From the IMG/VR virus record IMGVR_UViG_2585427741_000003: a DNA stretch of 20,949 nucleotides; one strand, given 5' to 3'. Under the pieces are notes generated by a model that worked only from the letters and a program-made list of their open reading frames with translations, did no database searches and was not told the DNA's origin. Of this stretch, positions 1 through 7,569 are shown one piece after another; the stretch's first letter is position 1, and the number at the start of each line of letters is the position of its first letter. The translations under genes were made by a program, and so were the position numbers. The DNA comes from a virus (lineage: Duplodnaviria; Heunggongvirae; Uroviricota; Caudoviricetes).

Positions 1-305
<305 letters not shown>

Positions 306-343
306 TTAGAAGCTTTGGGATATGTTATTGCAGGAGGTGCTGT

Positions 344-1201
344 ATGAGCACCATCCTGAAATGGGCAGGTAATAAAACTGCCATTATGTCCGAACTGAAA
401 AAACATCTTCCTGCTGGCCCGCGACTGGTTGAACCTTTCGCGGGTTCCTGTGCTGTGATGATGGAGACGGATTACCCCAGCTATCTTGTTGCGGATATTA
501 ATCCTGATTTAATCAACCTCTATAAAAAGGTTGCTGCTGATTGTGAATCGTTTATATCTCGCGCCAGAGTTTTTTTTGAGATCGCAAACAGGGAGGTGGC
601 TTATTACAACATAAGGCAGGAGTTTAATTACTCAACTGAAATTACTGATTTCATGAAAGCGGTATATTTCCTGTATCTAAATCGTCACGGTTACCGTGGT
701 TTATGTCGCTATAACAAGAGCGGGCATTTCAACATTCCCTACGGTAATTATAAAAATCCGTATTTCCCTGAAAAAGAAATTCGCGCATTTGCAGAAAAAG
801 CCCAGCGGGCAACGTTTATCTGCGCCAGCTTTGATGAAACGCTGGCGATGTTGAAAGCGGGGGATGTGGTGTATTGCGATCCGCCGTATGACGGTACGTT
901 TTCCGGCTATCACACTGACGGCTTCACTGAAGATGACCAGTATCACCTGGCATCTGTTCTTGAACATCGATCATCAGAAGGTCATCCGGTCATTGTTTCT
1001 AACAGTGACACATCCCTGATCCGTTCGCTGTATCGCAATTTCACTCACCACTACATCAAGGCAAAACGCAGCATCGGCGTGTCAGCTGGCGAGAGTAAAT
1101 CTGCAACAGAAATCATTGCTGTTTCCGGGCCGCGCTGCTGGATGGGATTTGATCCTTCGCGTGGCGTGGATAGTTCTGCTGTGTACGAGGTGCGTGTATG
1201 A
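344..1201 (+). CDS. DNA N6-adenine methyltransferase, Dam (D12 class) family
   Basis: 285 aa; N-terminal SAM-binding KWAGNK...EPFAGS signature and catalytic DPPY motif (CDPPYDGTF). RBS CAGGAGG lies 6-12 nt upstream of the ATG. Stop overlaps the start of the next gene (ATGA at 1198-1201). Confidence 0.9.
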   Translation: MSTILKWAGNKTAIMSELKKHLPAGPRLVEPFAGSCAVMMETDYPSYLVADINPDLINLYKKVAADCESFISRARVFFEIANREVAYYNIRQEFNYSTEITDFMKAVYFLYLNRHGYRGLCRYNKSGHFNIPYGNYKNPYFPEKEIRAFAEKAQRATFICASFDETLAMLKAGDVVYCDPPYDGTFSGYHTDGFTEDDQYHLASVLEHRSSEGHPVIVSNSDTSLIRSLYRNFTHHYIKAKRSIGVSAGESKSATEIIAVSGPRCWMGFDPSRGVDSSAVYEVRV

Positions 1202-3612
1202 GTAATGACGATATGAGCAACTCTAGCGGCTTTAACGAGGCTGCCGCAGCATTTTCATGGAACGGCCCGAAAAAGGCCATTAACCCTTATCTGGAACCGG
1301 AGGAAGTTGCGCCGGAGTCTGCACTTTCAAACATGATCACTCTGTACGCTGCCGATAACGAGCAGGAACAGCAGCGCCGCGAGGCACTGAGTGATCAGGT
1401 CTGGGAACGTTATTTCTTTAATGAATCCCGTGATCCTGTCCAGCGCGAAATGGAGCAGGATAAGCTCATTAGCCGGGCAAAGCTGGCGCATGAGCAGCAG
1501 CGTTTTGACCCGGACATGGTCATTCTGTCGGACGTCAGCGCCCAGCCTACCCACATCAGCAAGCCGCTGATGCAACGTATCGAATACTTCAGCAGCCTGG
1601 GCAGGCCAAAGGCTTATTCCCGCTATTTGCGTGAGACGATTAAGCCATGTCTGGAGCGACTGGAGTATGTACGCGACAGTCAGCTATCCGCTTCTTTCCG
1701 TTTTATGGCAAGCCATCAAGGGCTTGAGGGCCTGCTGATCCTGCCTGAAATGAGTCAGGATCAGGTAAAACGCCTGTCCACCCTGGTAGCAGCGCATATG
1801 AGCATGTGTCTTGAGGCCGCTTGTGGTGATTTGTATGCCACCGATGACGTTAAGCCAGAAGAAATCCGCAAGACATGGGAAAAGGTGGCAGCGGAAACCC
1901 TGCGTCTGGATGTTATCCCGCCTGCGTTTGAGAAACTCCGCCGGAAAAGAAACCGCCGCAAACCTGTGCCCTATGAACTCATACCGGGTTCGCTGGCACG
2001 TATGCTTTGCGCCGACTGGTGGTACCGGAAATTATGGAAGATGCGTTGCGAATGGCGGGAAGAGCAGTTGCGTGCTGCCTGTCTGGTCAGCAAAAAAGCA
2101 TCTCCCTATGTCAGCTATGAAGCAGTGACACATAAACGTGAGCAGCGCCGCAAGTCGCTGGAGTTTTTCCGTTCTCATGAACTGGTGAACGAAGACGGCG
2201 ACACGCTGGATATGGAAGATGTGGTAAACGCCAGCAGCAGCAACCCGGCGCATCGCCGCAATGAGATGATGGCCTGTGTTAAAGGTCTGGAGCTTATCGC
2301 AGAAATGCGTGGTGACTGCGCCGTTTTCTACACTATCACCTGTCCGTCACGTTTCCATTCCACGCTCAACAACGGCAGACCCAACCCGACCTGGACAAAT
2401 GCGACGGTAAGACAAAGCAGCGATTATCTGGTCGGCATGTTTGCTGCATTTCGTAAGGCGATGCACAAAGCCGGGTTGCGCTGGTATGGCGTGCGGGTGG
2501 CTGAGCCGCACCATGACGGTACTGTGCACTGGCATCTCATGTGTTTCATGCGCAAAAAAGACCGCCGCGCTATTACTGCATTGTTGCGTAAGTTTGCCAT
2601 CCGTGAAGACCGCGAGGAACTGGGCAATAACACGGGGCCACGCTTTAAGTCTGAGCTGATAAACCCGCGCAAAGGAACGCCAACAAGCTACATCGCGAAA
2701 TACATCAGTAAGAACATTGACGGACGTGGTCTGGCTGGCGAGATCAGCAAGGAAACGGGTAAATCCCTGCGTGATAACGCCGAATACGTTAATGCCTGGG
2801 CGTCTCTGCATCGTGTTCAGCAGTTCCGCTTCTTTGGTATTCCGGGGCGTCAGGCGTACCGTGAACTTCGCTTGCTGGCTGGTCAGGCGGCAAGGCAACA
2901 GGGTGACAAAAAAGCAGGTGCGCCGGTACTGGATGACCCGCGCCTTGATGCCATCCTGGCTGCCGCTGATGCTGGCTGTTTTGCCACCTACATCATGAAG
3001 CAGGGCGGCGTACTGGTTCCCCGCAAATATCACCTTATCAGAACAGCTTATGAAATTAACGAAGAGCCGACCGCTTATGGCGATCACGGTATTCGTATTT
3101 ATGGCATCTGGTCACCCATTGTACAGGGCAAGATCTGCACTCATGCAATGAAATGGAAAATGGTTCGTAAGGCCGTTGACGTTCAGGAGGCGGCAGCCGA
3201 CCAGGGCGCTTGCGCCCCTTGGACTCGTGGCAATAACTGTCCCCTTGCTGAAAATTTGAACCAACAAGGGAAAGACAAATCAGCTGATGGGGACTCCAGA
3301 ACGGATATTACCCGTATGAATGACAAGGAGTTGCACGATTACCTGCACAGTATGAGCAAAAAAGAGCGCCGGGAACTGGCTGCAAGGTTACGCCAGGTGA
3401 AACCGAAACGGCGTAAAGACTACAAACAGCGAATTACAGACCATCAGCGACTGCAGCTCGTGTATGAGCTGAAGTCCAGAGGATTTGATGGCAGCGAGAA
3501 AGAGGTCGATTTACTCCTTCGCGGAGGCAGTATTCCGTCAGGAGCAGGCCTGCGTATCTTCTATCGGAACCAGCGTTTGCAGGAAGATGATCAGTGGCGG
3601 AACCTGTATTAA
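1198..3612 (+). CDS. A: Rolling-circle replication initiator endonuclease, P2 gpA-like
   Basis: 804 aa; metal-binding [11 protein letters not shown] (HxH-type motif) and catalytic tyrosine region [12 protein letters not shown] typical of the phage GPA replication-initiator family. Size is close to P2 gpA (about 760 aa, recalled). Confidence 0.88.
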   Translation: MSNDDMSNSSGFNEAAAAFSWNGPKKAINPYLEPEEVAPESALSNMITLYAADNEQEQQRREALSDQVWERYFFNESRDPVQREMEQDKLISRAKLAHEQQRFDPDMVILSDVSAQPTHISKPLMQRIEYFSSLGRPKAYSRYLRETIKPCLERLEYVRDSQLSASFRFMASHQGLEGLLILPEMSQDQVKRLSTLVAAHMSMCLEAACGDLYATDDVKPEEIRKTWEKVAAETLRLDVIPPAFEKLRRKRNRRKPVPYELIPGSLARMLCADWWYRKLWKMRCEWREEQLRAACLVSKKASPYVSYEAVTHKREQRRKSLEFFRSHELVNEDGDTLDMEDVVNASSSNPAHRRNEMMACVKGLELIAEMRGDCAVFYTITCPSRFHSTLNNGRPNPTWTNATVRQSSDYLVGMFAAFRKAMHKAGLRWYGVRVAEPHHDGTVHWHLMCFMRKKDRRAITALLRKFAIREDREELGNNTGPRFKSELINPRKGTPTSYIAKYISKNIDGRGLAGEISKETGKSLRDNAEYVNAWASLHRVQQFRFFGIPGRQAYRELRLLAGQAARQQGDKKAGAPVLDDPRLDAILAAADAGCFATYIMKQGGVLVPRKYHLIRTAYEINEEPTAYGDHGIRIYGIWSPIVQGKICTHAMKWKMVRKAVDVQEAAADQGACAPWTRGNNCPLAENLNQQGKDKSADGDSRTDITRMNDKELHDYLHSMSKKERRELAARLRQVKPKRRKDYKQRITDHQRLQLVYELKSRGFDGSEKEVDLLLRGGSIPSGAGLRIFYRNQRLQEDDQWRNLY

Positions 3613-3704
3613 TTACGCGGGTTAACAATTCGTGCTCTTAATAATACCAGGCATATCAGGCTGATGAACGTAAAAAAACGTTTTACATCAGTAAGATTAT
3701 TATA

Positions 3705-3724
3705 TACTGTAAATATAAACAGTG
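3705..3724 (+). promoter_or_regulatory. Putative LexA (SOS) box
   Basis: TACTGTAAATATAAACAGTG has the form CTGT-N8-ACAG with an AT-rich spacer, close to the consensus TACTGTATATATATACAGTA. It sits about 40 bp upstream of the RBS/ATG at 3766 and overlaps a candidate -10 TATACT. Confidence 0.6.
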
Positions 3725-3765
3725 GTTATACATACAGTATTGCGTGTGGTGTCATAGGAGGAAAG

Positions 3766-3954
3766 ATGCAGGACTATTTTTTGGAGTCTTTGAAGCTCCA
3801 GCGCATTGATTTTTTTCTTAAGCTTGTAGCGGCTAGTGAGTGTAGTGATGAAGAGAAGGGGCTGGCTCTGCAGTGGGTTTCTGAATTGACTGATGAACTC
3901 ATGGCAAAAATCAGAACCCACGAATACAACCGCTCAATGGATGTCATCAGCTGA
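3766..3954 (+). CDS. Hypothetical small protein (62 aa), first gene of the SOS-box unit; possible Tum-like antirepressor (speculative)
   Basis: ATG at 3766 is preceded by a strong RBS AGGAGG (3756-3761). The longer version in the ORF track (start 3664) would read through the LexA box. No family recognised from sequence alone. Confidence 0.45.
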   Translation: MQDYFLESLKLQRIDFFLKLVAASECSDEEKGLALQWVSELTDELMAKIRTHEYNRSMDVIS

Positions 3955-3964
3955 GGTGACTTTT

Positions 3965-4198
3965 ATGCGCATTGAAATAATGATCGATAAAGAGCAGAAG
4001 ATTAGCCAGTCTACCCTGGACGCCCTTGAATCCGAGCTTTACCGCAATCTGCGCCCCCTGTATCCCAAAACGGTAATTCGCATTCGCAAAGGTAGCTCTA
4101 ACGGTGTGGAACTAACCGGACTGCAACTGGACGAAGAAAGAAAACAAGTGATGAAAATTATGCAGAAGGTGTGGGAAGACGACAGCTGGCTGCATTAA
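3965..4198 (+). CDS. DinI-family protein (DNA-damage-inducible protein I-like)
   Basis: 77 aa, MRIEIMIDKEQKISQSTLDALESELYRNL...KQVMKIMQKVWEDDSWLH. The MRIE start, the central LDAL..EL block and the C-terminal acidic W-containing tail match the recalled DinI/MsgA pattern. RBS GAGGTGA lies upstream. Confidence 0.7.
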   Translation: MRIEIMIDKEQKISQSTLDALESELYRNLRPLYPKTVIRIRKGSSNGVELTGLQLDEERKQVMKIMQKVWEDDSWLH

Positions 4199-4333
4199 GA
4201 AACGTTGCTGGCGTCTGAACTTGCTTCTGGCGTCAGCAAGGTTGAACAACGAGCCCTTGCGAGGCGTTAGCTCTGTAGTGCATGTCTATGCCGCATGAGA
4301 TCGCATGATCGTTTGAGGATCGTTTTTGCTAAG

Positions 4334-4357
4334 GCCCGCCAGAACTGGCGGGCTTTT
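4334..4357 (+). terminator. Rho-independent terminator candidate
   Basis: GC-rich inverted repeat GCCCGCCAG / CTGGCGGGC followed by TTTT, downstream of the DinI-like gene. Confidence 0.6.
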
Positions 4358-4402
4358 GCGTAGATCATGCAGGTGCATGAAAACCACTACATAAAGCGGG
4401 CA

Positions 4403-4421
4403 GGCGTGGCGGGGATACGAG
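4403..4421. other. Putative cos (cohesive-end) site of the P2/186 type
   Basis: GGCGTGGCGGGGATACGAG: the first 13 nt match the recalled 186 cohesive end (GGCGTGGCGGGGA...) and resemble P2 cos (GGCGAGGCGGGGA...). Position fits the conserved order: replication region, cos, portal. Confidence 0.4.
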
Positions 4422-4434
4422 CGCGCGCAGCGGG

Positions 4435-4463
4435 TGGAAACTCAGATTTGAATGTTGTATAAA
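4435..4463 (+). promoter_or_regulatory. Candidate sigma70 promoter for the retron operon
   Basis: TGGAAA (4435-4440), 17-bp spacer, TATAAA (4458-4463), about 30 bp upstream of the effector ATG. Sequence match only. Confidence 0.35.
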
Positions 4464-4492
4464 AGATGGGATCATTCTGAGGAAAAGTGGAT

Positions 4493-5398
4493 ATGAAAAA
4501 GAAAACTATTCCGGAGTTGCAGAAGCAAAATCTGGCAAATTTAATTAAAAGTCGGCTTTTTCAACAGAAAAATAAAAATAAAGTTACTGTTTTCCTTTGC
4601 GGGGGCGATTTGAATGATCCGTTTTTTTGTAGAAATAAAGTTAAAAGAGTGTTGGAAACACATCCCAAAATAGAAATATTCTATCCTGAGGAGTTGTTTG
4701 ATGAGCTTTTGTATGGACAAGGTCAGCATAGTCTTTTAAGTTTGGAGAATATTTTAGCTGATTCAGTCGATGTTATTATTATTATTCCTGAAAGCCCAGG
4801 GTCTTTCGCTGAATTGGGCGCATTTTCAAATAATGAAAAACTGTGCAAAAAAATGATATGTCTTCAGGATGACAAATTCAAACTTAAAAAAAGCTTTCTT
4901 AATTATGGGCCTATAAAACTGCTTCGGCGTGCTAATAGCGGTGCAGTATTGCGAGGAGATTTGTCGACTCTTGAAAGCTTGAGTACAGGTAAAGCTTTTT
5001 ATAATAGAATTATAAAAAGTATTAATGACATCAAAAAAAATAACCCAGTTAATCACTCAATAGATAATATTCTTCACGCTCGGCGTTTTATACTGCCATG
5101 TATATATTTGATGGATGGTATAGATAATATACTTCTATATGAGCTATTACATTTGGTGACTAAGAAAGATGCTATTCTTTGTGAAATTATCGTTAAGTCT
5201 GTTATTTCAAGCTTGATTAAAGAGTCAATAATTAGGCGTTCAGTTCAAGGATACCATATTACAGAAATTGGTATGCAATACGTTCTTGAGCATTTTGATC
5301 GAAAGGCTTTGGACAATCTACGACTGGATATGATGAACTTCGAAAATCGTGGTAAAACAATACTCCACTATGATAGGATGCGTTTTGCGCACCCTTAG
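4493..5398 (+). CDS. Retron effector candidate: nucleoside 2-deoxyribosyltransferase-like (NDT-like) N-terminal domain plus C-terminal helical, possibly DNA-binding, domain
   Basis: 301 aa from ATG 4493 (RBS GAGGAAA upstream; the ORF track begins two codons earlier at GTG 4487). Rossmann-like start KVTVFLCGG and DVIIIIPESPGSFAELGAF block with a candidate catalytic Glu in SFAELG. Low-GC codon usage unlike the flanking phage genes. Stop codon TAG (5396-5398) lies inside retron repeat a1. Confidence 0.65.
   Translation: MKKKTIPELQKQNLANLIKSRLFQQKNKNKVTVFLCGGDLNDPFFCRNKVKRVLETHPKIEIFYPEELFDELLYGQGQHSLLSLENILADSVDVIIIIPESPGSFAELGAFSNNEKLCKKMICLQDDKFKLKKSFLNYGPIKLLRRANSGAVLRGDLSTLESLSTGKAFYNRIIKSINDIKKNNPVNHSIDNILHARRFILPCIYLMDGIDNILLYELLHLVTKKDAILCEIIVKSVISSLIKESIIRRSVQGYHITEIGMQYVLEHFDRKALDNLRLDMMNFENRGKTILHYDRMRFAHP
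5387..5397 (+). repeat. Retron inverted repeat a1
   Basis: GCGCACCCTTA; exact reverse complement of 5535-5545. Confidence 0.8.
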
Positions 5399-5534
5399 CG
5401 AGTGGCTTCTCCGGAAGTTCACTGGACAGTGTTTCGCTGTCCTACATACAATCTGAAGTTTTACCAGTTCCCTCATTGAAAGGAGAACATCTCCCGATGT
5501 TCTCCTTTCACTTCGGAATCTGATTTTTATGACG

Positions 5535-5545
5535 TAAGGGTGCGC
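5535..5545 (+). repeat. Retron inverted repeat a2
   Basis: TAAGGGTGCGC; exact reverse complement of 5387-5397; ends 2 nt before the RT start codon. Confidence 0.8.
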
Positions 5546-5547
5546 TC

Positions 5548-6522
5548 ATGACTTCCGCAACACCATCTCAGGTTTTTCGCTTACGCAATCTTGGATTGCC
5601 TGTTATGTCCTCTTTAGAGGATATGTCTAGAGAAATGCGTTTATCAGTAGACATACTCCGGTTGTACATTTATCGTGCTGACAAATACTATAAGGTTTAT
5701 TCGTTGCCAAAAAGAGATGGCAAGAGATCCCGCATCATTTCACAGCCATCACGTGAGCTGAAGGCATTGCAAGCTTGGGTGTTAAGAAACATCCTTGATA
5801 AGTTACATTCATCCCCATTTTCCAAAGGCTTTGAAAAAGGGCAATCAATATTAAATAATGCCAGCCCACATGTAGGAGCTAACTATGTATTAAATATTGA
5901 TTTAGAAGATTGTTTTAATACTATTCTGATAGAGAAAATCTATACTGTTTTTCATTCTCTGGGGTATAACTCTACTATTTCTAATGCTTTAGCAAGATTG
6001 TGTTCATTTAATGGTTCGCTACCTCAAGGTGCACCATCTTCTCCAAAGATTGCGAATCTTGTTTTAACTAAATTAGATTATAGAATACATGGATATGCAG
6101 GTAGTAAGGGGATCGTATTTACTCGATATGCCGATGATTTGACTTTATCTGCTCAATCTTTAAAAAAAATACTTAAAGCTAAGTCATTTGTATGCTCTAT
6201 AATACCAAGTGAATCTTTGAAGGTTAATTATAATAAAGTTGCGATTCATGGCCCCAAAGCAAGGAAGGAGGTTACTGGGCTCGTTTTATCTATTGATAAT
6301 GTTGGAGTTGGCAGAATACGTTATCGCGAAATTAGAAGTAAGATCCATTATCTGGCGGTAAAAAGAAATTCTGATTTCGAACATGTTAAAGGACTTATTG
6401 CGTTTGTTAAAAGTGTAGACAAGAAAAACTATAGAAAATTGATGACTTTCTCAAATAAAATGTCTGAAGCATATGGGGTTGATCTAAGTGTTCTTTTTCC
6501 TAAAAACAAAAAGGCCATTTAA
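5548..6522 (+). CDS. ret: Retron-type reverse transcriptase
   Basis: 324 aa; RT motifs: PKRDGKRSRIISQP (motif 1/2), NASPH (retron NAxxH), LPQGAPSSPKIANL (motif 4), RYADDL (catalytic YADD), and the retron-specific VTG (EVTGLVL). Size is typical of Ec86/Ec73-class RTs. Low-GC composition. Confidence 0.92.
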   Translation: MTSATPSQVFRLRNLGLPVMSSLEDMSREMRLSVDILRLYIYRADKYYKVYSLPKRDGKRSRIISQPSRELKALQAWVLRNILDKLHSSPFSKGFEKGQSILNNASPHVGANYVLNIDLEDCFNTILIEKIYTVFHSLGYNSTISNALARLCSFNGSLPQGAPSSPKIANLVLTKLDYRIHGYAGSKGIVFTRYADDLTLSAQSLKKILKAKSFVCSIIPSESLKVNYNKVAIHGPKARKEVTGLVLSIDNVGVGRIRYREIRSKIHYLAVKRNSDFEHVKGLIAFVKSVDKKNYRKLMTFSNKMSEAYGVDLSVLFPKNKKAI

Positions 6523-6532
6523 TGGCCTTTTT
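6508..6532. terminator. Palindromic A/T-flanked hairpin between convergent RT and portal genes (possible bidirectional terminator)
   Basis: AAAAAGGCCATTTAATGGCCTTTTT is a perfect 25-nt palindrome. It overlaps the RT stop codon and ends 5 nt before the portal gene stop (6538-6540, minus strand). Short GC stem, so moderate confidence. Confidence 0.45.
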
Positions 6533-6537
6533 GTTTA

Positions 6538-7569
6538 TTAGGTAATTGAATAACTCACGAAATTAATAACTTCTTCATTTATCCATTCGTTCAGCTCTTC
6601 TAGTCTTTTTTGTAAAGGGATGAGTTCATTCCTCACAAAAACATTAGCAGCTTTCTCTACATCCCCAAACCCTCCAACATTATTAGGCATAATCCCCATC
6701 ATTTGCGGTGGCACACGATGCGCCGCCATCATGTCATCCCGGCTCACGTTCTTGATGTTCAGAAACTCATCCTTCGCCGCGACCTCTGACAACGGGATAA
6801 TCTGAAGCCCGTCCTTTTTGCCGTTAGGCGAGTACATAAACAGGTTGCGGAAGTTACCCGGTCCTTTGGCGCTTTTCATCGCGTTGCGGAGGTTGTTCAC
6901 GTCCTCCTGGTTCTGCGCGGCATCGGTCATGTACATGATGAAGCCAGCATGACTGCCGTTTATGTAATACTTTCGACGGAACAGCGTGGCGGACTCATTG
7001 AGCAGGGCGGACGGAATAGCAGAAAGATAGCCGGGCAGGCCATAGATCTCCTGATTTATGTCCGGTTCCATCAGATGGAAAATGCTGCCTTTCGTGAACT
7101 GATACGGTTGCGTGGTCATGCCGTATTGCACAAACCAGTAGGTATCTAGGTCTAATCCACGTCGGGTGTATTTTGCCAGCGCAGGCTCAAGAGCGATAAC
7201 TTCACCGAATCGGTTCGTGCGTTTCTCCAGGTAGGCGTTACCAAATACCAGATAGTCCTGCACAAAACGTGAAAAAGCCTGCTGGCTGAGCAGCGGGTGA
7301 GGGATGTAGGTACTGGTCAGAATGTTGCACTTTACTGCAATCGGGGAACTGTGATGCACAGCAGCGCGGAAGGTGCGCGCCAGTCCGTCAAAGCTGACGG
7401 GAGGCTCATACCAGCGATCTGTCTGTACGCATTCCACATAGTCCAGCAGTTCGCGGCGGTCAAGTACGGGAATGGGATCACCGAAGCTGAATGCTTCGGC
7501 TGTAGTCTGGCTTTTGAGCTGGCTCTGTTTCGTCGCCGCAGCGCGGTTCTTCTTACTCTTTCCCATCAA
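6538..7569 (-). CDS. Q: Portal protein, P2 gpQ-like
   Basis: 343 aa (P2 Q about 344 aa, recalled); position and orientation (leftward, next to P) match the P2/186 map. Start overlaps the stop of P (ATGA). Confidence 0.85.
   Translation of the reverse strand: MMGKSKKNRAAATKQSQLKSQTTAEAFSFGDPIPVLDRRELLDYVECVQTDRWYEPPVSFDGLARTFRAAVHHSSPIAVKCNILTSTYIPHPLLSQQAFSRFVQDYLVFGNAYLEKRTNRFGEVIALEPALAKYTRRGLDLDTYWFVQYGMTTQPYQFTKGSIFHLMEPDINQEIYGLPGYLSAIPSALLNESATLFRRKYYINGSHAGFIMYMTDAAQNQEDVNNLRNAMKSAKGPGNFRNLFMYSPNGKKDGLQIIPLSEVAAKDEFLNIKNVSRDDMMAAHRVPPQMMGIMPNNVGGFGDVEKAANVFVRNELIPLQKRLEELNEWINEEVINFVSYSIT

Larger units (their letters stand above)
5386..5545 (+). ncRNA. Retron msr-msd non-coding RNA (template/primer for msDNA)
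   Basis: Bounded by perfect inverted repeats a1 GCGCACCCTTA (5387-5397) and a2 TAAGGGTGCGC (5535-5545). Internal stem-loops: GGACAG/CTGTCC (5424-5442) and a 12-14 bp perfect hairpin AAAGGAGAACAT/ATGTTCTCCTTT (5479-5508). Lies immediately upstream of the RT gene. The end sequences TGCGCACCCTTAGCGAG and GACGTAAGGGTGCGC match my recollection of the Ec86 msr-msd ends. Confidence 0.8.

Noticed and set aside
2347-3087. 246-aa ORF on the minus strand inside gene A
   Set aside because: Lies wholly antisense within a well-supported, motif-bearing coding sequence; no RBS or recognisable motifs. A spurious long ORF of the kind common in GC-rich DNA.
3661-3690. Partial palindrome TGATGAACGTAAAAAAACGTTTTACATCA just after gene A
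   Set aside because: Imperfect and AT-rich; could be a weak terminator or part of the SOS promoter, but the sequence alone does not support a specific call.
3664-3765. N-terminal extension of the small ORF (ORF-track start at 3664)
   Set aside because: It would read through the LexA box and the candidate promoter. The ATG at 3766 has a strong AGGAGG RBS, so the short version is preferred.
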